From assembly GCA_039588295.1 (NCBI GenBank), contig JBDHAB010000068.1, forward strand, positions 1 through 12,197: DNA of 12,197 nt, given 5' to 3'. The translations under genes were made by a program, and so were the position numbers. Shown here piece by piece: positions 6,339-12,197 of this stretch; the stretch's first letter is position 1; each line of letters starts with the position of its first letter. A model generated the notes under the pieces. That model saw only the letters and a program-made list of their open reading frames with translations, did not search any database and was not told where the DNA came from. The stretch is from Gemmatimonadota bacterium. Lineage in GTDB: Bacteria; Gemmatimonadota; Gemmatimonadetes; Gemmatimonadales; GWC2-71-9.

Positions 6339-8977
6339 CGCTGGTCTGGTTGGGAATACTGATGCTGGCGTTCTCCTGGCTGGGGGCATTGCCCATCTTC
6401 CATCCGGCCAGCGGCTCGTGGCCATGGCTTCCCGCCGGCGTGGCGCTCCTGGTGGTCGGGCTGCGCCATACCGACCTGTGGGCGGAGGGCGACCGCGTGC
6501 GCCCGGCCATCGCGGTGCTGGTGGTCTCGATCGCGGCCGTGGCCTGGCTGGAGGGCCCGTTCCACATCGGATTTCTGTTGTTGGGCCTGGCGGCGATCAT
6601 CACGCTGCTGCCCGTTGTCCGCACCCTCGGGCGGTGGGCACTGCCCGGCCTCTGGGTGTCCGGGATGGTGTGCGTCGTGCAAGCGGCGTGCGTGCCGCTG
6701 CTCTACGCTTTTTGTGCGCGTTACCATCGGACCGCCGAGCTGCCATTCCTGCACGATCTATTGCCCGGATACCCCGCCGTGCCGTGGCTGGCCGCGCTCC
6801 TGTACGTACCGATAAAGATTCTGAATCCCGGGACGGCTCTCAACGGCTCGACGTTGCACCTCTCCACCTCACTGGACACCGTGGCGCTCACGCCAACCTG
6901 GGAGAAGTTGGGCCTGATACCGGCGGTGCTGTTCGCGGCAGGAGCGGGCCTCGTCGTGCTCCTTCGTCCCGACTGGCGCAAGCGACTCGCCGGCCTGCTC
7001 GTCGGGATCGTTGTGTTCTTGTACGTGCGTCTCCTCTTTCTCTTCGTGCTGGTAATGCACCTTCGGAACGAGCGCGTGTTCTGGCTCCCGGACGCTCTTC
7101 TCTTGAGTTTCCTGCCGCTGCCGTTTCTGCTGGCCGCGTGGTGGCGATCGGGCGTCCAGGCCGGTGCGGAGCACCCCGCAGGCAACGAGACATCGCGCCA
7201 GCCGGGTTTCGGCCGTCGCATCCGCCGTTGGCTTTCGGGTGCGAACGACAATCCGAGATTCTTCGCCCGTGGATGCCGAAAGTCCCGCGTGTTCCTGGCC
7301 ACGGGGCTTCTTGCGGGCGGGCTCACGTTGCTCTTCGGGTTTCACGACCCCGGGAGCCCCAAGCCTGGACGCGTCCTCATCGACGAGGGTCACAGCGACT
7401 GGGAGTGGACCACGCAGCCCTTCGACACCACCTGGTACGGCGGCAAGTCGGGCTACAACTACTACTGCCTCGCCGATTACTGGAGTTACTACTACCACGT
7501 GGAGACCCGCCAAGACAGCCTGACGCCCGAGTTCCTGGCCGACTGGGACGTGCTAGTCGTCAAGACACCTACCATGGGTTTCGCGCGCGACGAGGTCGAT
7601 GCCATCGAGGATTTCGTTCGCCGGGGTGGGGGGCTGTTTCTCATCGGTGATCACACGAACGTGTTTGGCACCAGCACCCATCTCAATCCCATCGCCGAGC
7701 GATTTGGCATGTACTTCCGGTATGACGCCACGTACAACCTGGCCAATCTGGGTCTCAGTACTTTCGAGCGCCCCCAACGCTTCGCCCACCCGGTGGTTCG
7801 GTTCATGCCCTCCTACCTGTTTGCCACGTCGTGCACGCTCTACGGCCCGCCGCTTTCGGAAAACGTGCTTCTCGGCTACGGGTTGCGGGCGATGTACCTG
7901 GACTATTCGGAGGTCAGCTATTTCCCGACCAAAACGGAAAAGTGGGATTACGACTTTGGCCTGTTTCTGCAGGCGGGCGGTGTGAAGTTTGGAAAGGGGA
8001 GGGTGCTGGGCTTCACCGACAGCACGTGTTTCTCCAACTTCTTCATGTTCATGCAGGGAAAGCCCGAGATGGCGCTCGCGTCGATCGAATGGCTGAACCG
8101 CAAGAACCGATGGGCGTGGCTTTCCAGGGTTTTCGTGCTCGCATCGCTCGCCGGATTGACTCTGCTCGCGATGGAAGCTCGCCGCAACTCGGGCGCGTCG
8201 TTTTGGAGCTGGGTGACCGTCTCGGGTACGCTGGCCGTCGTCCTGCTGGGCGCACTCGCCGAATCCTGGGTCACGCGATCGTACGCACTACCAGAACCGC
8301 GGCGGGAACCGGTCTACGTCACCTTCGATCAGAGTCACGGGAACTACGTTGTGCCCGGGGAGCGGCTCCCCGTGATGAACTGGCAAAATTTTCAAACCTT
8401 CTATGTGTGGACGCAACGCCTCGGTTTGGTCCCGCGCAACGAGCCCAGTCTCGACAGGGCCGTCCAAAACGCCCGCGCCCTGGTCGAGATCCAACCCATT
8501 CGGCCATTCTCGATCGAAGATATCGATCGGATCGTCGATTTCGTTCGGCGGGGGGGCACGCTCGTTGTCCTGGATTCACCGGAGAACCTCGGGAGCACGG
8601 CGCCGTCGCTCCTGGGGCCGTTCGGCATCGAATTCGACGAGGAGGCGGCCGATTCCGTCGCCGTCCTGGATGCTGCCGGTGACACACTGGGGGTCGCACG
8701 AAGTGCTACCGGCGTGAACAATGTAAAACCGCTTTTGAGGCTCGGTGACGGTCGGATTGCCATGGGCTACCTGCCCTTCGCCAAGGGCATGGTGGTGGCG
8801 TGCGCGGCTTCGTACCTGTTCAGCTCCGAATCCATGGGAAACACCGCCGTCGTGCCCGATGACCGGCGACGGCGTTTGTTTCGGGCGGAGTACGACATCT
8901 TCGAGAAGGTTGCCGGCCTGGAAGTCCGCGAACGCTACTATATGGATCTGGAAACACCGGCAGGAACCAGCCCCTGA
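6335..8977 (+). CDS. Multi-pass membrane protein, exosortase-like N-terminal region plus two GldG/DUF4350-like domains (880 aa); paralog of the upstream gene
   Basis: ATGA overlap with the upstream stop. Hydrophobic N-terminal ~335 aa. Domain 1 has VLIDEGHSDWEW...DFVRRGGGLFLIGDHT...NPIAERFGMYF...HPV...GKGRVLGFTDS. Then a TM hairpin. Domain 2 has FDQSHG...DFVRRGGTLVVL. Confidence 0.8.
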   Translation: MTLVWLGILMLAFSWLGALPIFHPASGSWPWLPAGVALLVVGLRHTDLWAEGDRVRPAIAVLVVSIAAVAWLEGPFHIGFLLLGLAAIITLLPVVRTLGRWALPGLWVSGMVCVVQAACVPLLYAFCARYHRTAELPFLHDLLPGYPAVPWLAALLYVPIKILNPGTALNGSTLHLSTSLDTVALTPTWEKLGLIPAVLFAAGAGLVVLLRPDWRKRLAGLLVGIVVFLYVRLLFLFVLVMHLRNERVFWLPDALLLSFLPLPFLLAAWWRSGVQAGAEHPAGNETSRQPGFGRRIRRWLSGANDNPRFFARGCRKSRVFLATGLLAGGLTLLFGFHDPGSPKPGRVLIDEGHSDWEWTTQPFDTTWYGGKSGYNYYCLADYWSYYYHVETRQDSLTPEFLADWDVLVVKTPTMGFARDEVDAIEDFVRRGGGLFLIGDHTNVFGTSTHLNPIAERFGMYFRYDATYNLANLGLSTFERPQRFAHPVVRFMPSYLFATSCTLYGPPLSENVLLGYGLRAMYLDYSEVSYFPTKTEKWDYDFGLFLQAGGVKFGKGRVLGFTDSTCFSNFFMFMQGKPEMALASIEWLNRKNRWAWLSRVFVLASLAGLTLLAMEARRNSGASFWSWVTVSGTLAVVLLGALAESWVTRSYALPEPRREPVYVTFDQSHGNYVVPGERLPVMNWQNFQTFYVWTQRLGLVPRNEPSLDRAVQNARALVEIQPIRPFSIEDIDRIVDFVRRGGTLVVLDSPENLGSTAPSLLGPFGIEFDEEAADSVAVLDAAGDTLGVARSATGVNNVKPLLRLGDGRIAMGYLPFAKGMVVACAASYLFSSESMGNTAVVPDDRRRRLFRAEYDIFEKVAGLEVRERYYMDLETPAGTSP

Positions 8978-8992
8978 GCCGGTGGCACCCCG

Positions 8993-11900
8993 CTACTTGA
9001 GCAGCAACATCTTTCTGGCTGCCACGAAGCCCCGCTCCCGGATCTCGTAGAAATAGAGGCCCGTCGCAACCGGGCTTCCGTGACGGTTGGTGCCCCTCCA
9101 GACGACCTCGTACCGGCCCGACGGGAGGATCTCATCGACCAGAGTATGGACGAGTGCCCCGGTGACATCGAAGATCCGGAGCGTGACCCTCTGCGGGCTG
9201 CCGTCGGGCACGTAGAATACGATGGTGGTCGAGGGGTTGAACGGATTGGGGTGGTTCTGGAGGAGAGCCGGTATCGAAATGGGGATCGGGGTCGGCCCGA
9301 CGTCGCCCACATGGGTAGGCACGTTGAAACCGATGCGGCCGTTTCGATGCACGTTCGCGTGGAACGTGGGCCACGGTGCCAGTTGGGCATCGTGAGTGCC
9401 GGAGAGATCCCAAACGTAGAGGTTGTTGTCCCACCCGGCGGCGATTAGGTCTGTATCACCATCCTGGTCGACATCGTCGACGAAGGGCGCCGCGCGAACC
9501 GCATCCATGGTCGCGATCGGGAAGCCGTCGATCGGCTGGCCCCCGAGGTCATACGCATAGAGATAGCGCGACTCATCGCCGACCAGGATGTCGAGCGCTC
9601 CATCGCCATCGATGTCGGCGACGACGGGCGAACACTCGGAAGCGATGACGACGTTGAAGGTAACCGGCCACCCAGGATAATCCTGTCCGTCGGCTTTCAG
9701 GACGTGGAGTCTGGTGGCGCTCGCCGTGTAGCCGACCAGCACGACTTCGAGCTTATCGTCATCGTCGAGGTCGGCGAGCGCTGGCGACGGACAAAAGAAC
9801 GGCTCGTTTATCGCTACGTAACGCGGCCACCCGGACGCGACGCCGGCGTCGTGATTCAGGACGTAGACGTGCCCCGTCCTCGCGTGACAGACTATCTCTA
9901 TCAGACCGTCATTGTCCACGTCACCCGCGGCAACGCTGCCCACGGCCTCGCCGGGCAGGGCGAATGGCCAACCCCCGACCGCACTCCCGTCCTCGTTCAG
10001 TGCATAGACCGTGTCCGCTCGCGTGCCCAGGATGATCTCGTCTTTTCCGTCCAAGTCGATATCGCAGGCGGCCGGCGTCTGGTAGTGGTAGTTGGTGGTG
10101 GGGGTGCGGAAGAAGACTCCGTCGGTCGCGGGATTGAGGTCGCCGTCTATCAGTTCGGACCCGTCGGCGTGCCAGGCATAAATCACGCCGCGTACGTCGA
10201 CGGCAATCACTTCGTGGAGTCCGTCGCCGTCGAGGTCTGCCGCGACGGGCGTCGCCCGGAACTGATCCTCCGCGACTCGTGGCCACCCCGGCAGCGCGGC
10301 ACCGCTGTGGTCCATGCAGTAGACCGATTCCGTGAAGAGGTCGGCCGCGATGATATCGAGTCCCGGGCCGGCGTCCAGCCGTGCCAATGCGACGGCGGCG
10401 GTGAAGTCGTTCCCCTCCGTGCTCAATATTCCCCACGTCTGCGGATCGCCATCGCCGTCACGGAGCTCGGTGCCGTCGTGATGCCATGCGTAGACGTAGC
10501 GGTTGCCAACGACGATCTCCTTGTCCCCGTCGCCGTCAATGTCGCCGACGGCCGGCGAAGACGCTGTGGGGTTCTGCATCTCGATCGGAAACCCCGCTTG
10601 CTGGGGCGGATTCGTGCTCACGGAAGACTCCGCGGAGGGCAAGCTCTCATTTCCTGCGCTGTCGATCGACGTGACCACGTAATAGTACCGCGTGTTTGGT
10701 TGAAGGTTGGAATCCATGAAAACCGCGTGTTCCACCGGGTCGACCGAGACCAGGTCGTACGGGCCGCCCGACGTCAGGGAGTGATAGACATTGTATCTCG
10801 CGACGTCGGGCGCGGAGCTCTTCGACCACGTCACTTCGATGCGGTCCACCGCGTGGCTGGCGTCGAATGACAAGCCCGTTGGCGGTGCAGGACCCCTCAG
10901 CTCGATCGTGTCTCGATGCGATCGCCCGAAGAGGTCGACGATTTCGACTGCGAGGTAATGTTCGCTCGACGTCGACGTCTCGATGATATGAAAGCCCATC
11001 GCGTTTTCGACAGTGGTAAACGGCAGACAGTCGGAATACGAGTCGGTGCTGTCCAGGAAAACGAAAGCCCCGTCCAGATCCGTCACCTGCGCTGTCAGGC
11101 CGGCGGCGGCACCCGTCCCGTAGTTCTTTACTCCGTAGAAGAGAAGAAACTCCTCCATCGCCTCGTTGACGCCGTTACCGTTCCCGAGCGGCGGATCGTC
11201 ATCGATTCGAAGCGTGATCAACTCCAACTCCGGCGCGTGGACGGTCTCACGATAGGTGTCGCCCCAGCTGCCGGCTAGATCGTCTTGAATCGTCAATTCG
11301 AACTGCGCAACCGTCTCGTCCGGAATACCCGTGGCAAATGCAACCCGAACCGGATCCAGGGCCGCTTTCACGGAATCGGGAACCACCACACCCACCGAGG
11401 CCGTGCTGTCGACGACCGTCACCGCCGAATCGTCGCACCGAATGATTACCGATACATTGCCCGAGGAACTGCCGCCAGTGTTGCCCAAGCTGAGTGTCAG
11501 GTCGACGGTCTCGCCGGCGTCAATCGCTCCGTCTCCGTTGCCGAAAGTCCCGCCCAGCGTATCATCGTCGACCTCGGAGCCGAGGCAATAAACATAGGGA
11601 GGAAGCGACGAATTCACGGTGATGAAGCTCTGGTGGCGCGCGAGGTTGAGACCGGTCACGACGACGCCAATACTGCCTGGTAATTCGACGGTGAACTCGA
11701 TGCTGACGTTACCCGTGACGTCTGTCGCTGCACGGCGGTAGTCCTCGCCCTCTTTGTACAGGCATACAACGGCCGAGTCGACCGGCTGCCCGCCGGCGGT
11801 AACGAGAACGGCGATGTCGGTCGTGCCCAGTTCGACGTTGGTGGGATGAACGACCGTGACGCTGTCCACGGCTCCCGTCCACAGCGGGAGCTCGGGATCG

Positions 11901-12197
11901 GACAGCAGCGTGTACACGTAATGCGTCCAGCGATCAACGTTGTCGCCCATTTCGGCCCATGCGGTCTGCGCGAGCCTCGATCCCGCAAATGCCGCACCGA
12001 TGCTGAAGACGCCCTGGTTGAAGACGAGGTCGTAGAAATCGTTCATGTAGTAGGCGTCGATGGTTGGGAACTCGTAGTCGCTCGCGCCGATTGTTGCGAC
12101 AGCGCCACCATTCGGATTTCTCATGAAGTGTTCGGCGATACAATAGTAGTCGAACGCCGACACGCTGCAGTCGACCATGAAGAGCATGAAGAGCCGA
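8993..12197 (-). CDS. Secreted peptidase C25 (gingipain-family) multidomain protein with Ig-like, FnIII, FG-GAP repeats and T9SS/FlgD-Ig C-terminal domain; 5'-truncated by the window edge
   Basis: Frame is open to the window end. C25 motifs: MVDCSVSAFD (Cys at the catalytic-like position, 12167-12169), CIAEHF...GGAVATIGAS, YTLLSDPEL. Two DD..GNG(D/N)G Ig-like modules. FnIII (PAPPTGL...YNVY...YYYVVTSIDSAGNES). Eight D(I/L/V)DxDG-type FG-GAP repeats. CTD LLQNHPNPFNPSTTI...IFDVTG...GLYFY...RKMLLLK. Stop TAG at 8993-8995. Confidence 0.88.
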   Translation of the reverse strand, partial: RLFMLFMVDCSVSAFDYYCIAEHFMRNPNGGAVATIGASDYEFPTIDAYYMNDFYDLVFNQGVFSIGAAFAGSRLAQTAWAEMGDNVDRWTHYVYTLLSDPELPLWTGAVDSVTVVHPTNVELGTTDIAVLVTAGGQPVDSAVVCLYKEGEDYRRAATDVTGNVSIEFTVELPGSIGVVVTGLNLARHQSFITVNSSLPPYVYCLGSEVDDDTLGGTFGNGDGAIDAGETVDLTLSLGNTGGSSSGNVSVIIRCDDSAVTVVDSTASVGVVVPDSVKAALDPVRVAFATGIPDETVAQFELTIQDDLAGSWGDTYRETVHAPELELITLRIDDDPPLGNGNGVNEAMEEFLLFYGVKNYGTGAAAGLTAQVTDLDGAFVFLDSTDSYSDCLPFTTVENAMGFHIIETSTSSEHYLAVEIVDLFGRSHRDTIELRGPAPPTGLSFDASHAVDRIEVTWSKSSAPDVARYNVYHSLTSGGPYDLVSVDPVEHAVFMDSNLQPNTRYYYVVTSIDSAGNESLPSAESSVSTNPPQQAGFPIEMQNPTASSPAVGDIDGDGDKEIVVGNRYVYAWHHDGTELRDGDGDPQTWGILSTEGNDFTAAVALARLDAGPGLDIIAADLFTESVYCMDHSGAALPGWPRVAEDQFRATPVAADLDGDGLHEVIAVDVRGVIYAWHADGSELIDGDLNPATDGVFFRTPTTNYHYQTPAACDIDLDGKDEIILGTRADTVYALNEDGSAVGGWPFALPGEAVGSVAAGDVDNDGLIEIVCHARTGHVYVLNHDAGVASGWPRYVAINEPFFCPSPALADLDDDDKLEVVLVGYTASATRLHVLKADGQDYPGWPVTFNVVIASECSPVVADIDGDGALDILVGDESRYLYAYDLGGQPIDGFPIATMDAVRAAPFVDDVDQDGDTDLIAAGWDNNLYVWDLSGTHDAQLAPWPTFHANVHRNGRIGFNVPTHVGDVGPTPIPISIPALLQNHPNPFNPSTTIVFYVPDGSPQRVTLRIFDVTGALVHTLVDEILPSGRYEVVWRGTNRHGSPVATGLYFYEIRERGFVAARKMLLLK

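Noticed and set aside
6328..7650. 440-aa alternative-frame ORF overlapping gene 5
   Set aside because: Arg/Gly/Pro/Ala-rich low-information translation typical of off-frame high-GC sequence; the 6335 frame has coherent domains.
9704..10870. 388-aa + strand ORF antisense to the C25 gene, and other antisense ORFs such as 958-2040 and 3522-4307
   Set aside because: Shadow ORFs of GC-rich coding sequence with no recognisable motifs; some run across terminators and intergenic regions.
8993..12197. Calling the C25 protein PorU or a true gingipain (rgp/kgp)
   Set aside because: The FnIII plus FG-GAP propeller architecture differs from both, and the N-terminal half is outside the window, so no gene symbol is assigned.

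Overview
GC-rich bacterial DNA, probably from an FCB-superphylum lineage. This is inferred from the T9SS/FlgD-Ig C-terminal domain and the 'SWGxIKxLY' tails, which I recall from Krumholzibacteria/Latescibacteria/Eisenbacteria-type genomes. The + strand carries a five-gene cluster I cannot assign to a named system. It comprises (1) a predicted outer-membrane beta-barrel, (2-3) a tandem-duplicated ~1.03 kb cassette, and (4-5) two translationally coupled, mutually paralogous membrane proteins. Each cassette holds an extended -10 promoter, a conserved structured ~130-nt 5' leader, a perfect SD, an exported 20-Cys Thr-Cys-Asp repeat protein ending in TPVEKTSWGQIKxLY, and an intrinsic terminator. 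Each membrane protein has an N-terminal multi-TM region (exosortase-like in gene 5, but lacking the catalytic Cys) and two GldG/DUF4350-like (class I GATase-like fold) domains. Convergent on the - strand is the 3' part of a large secreted C25 (gingipain-family) peptidase with Ig-like, FnIII, FG-GAP propeller and T9SS-type C-terminal domains. Best candidate novelty: a dedicated export/modification/anchoring system for Cys-rich repeat proteins, preceded by an unassigned cis-regulatory RNA whose inter-copy substitutions preserve base pairing. All family calls are by-eye motif recognition; no searches were run.
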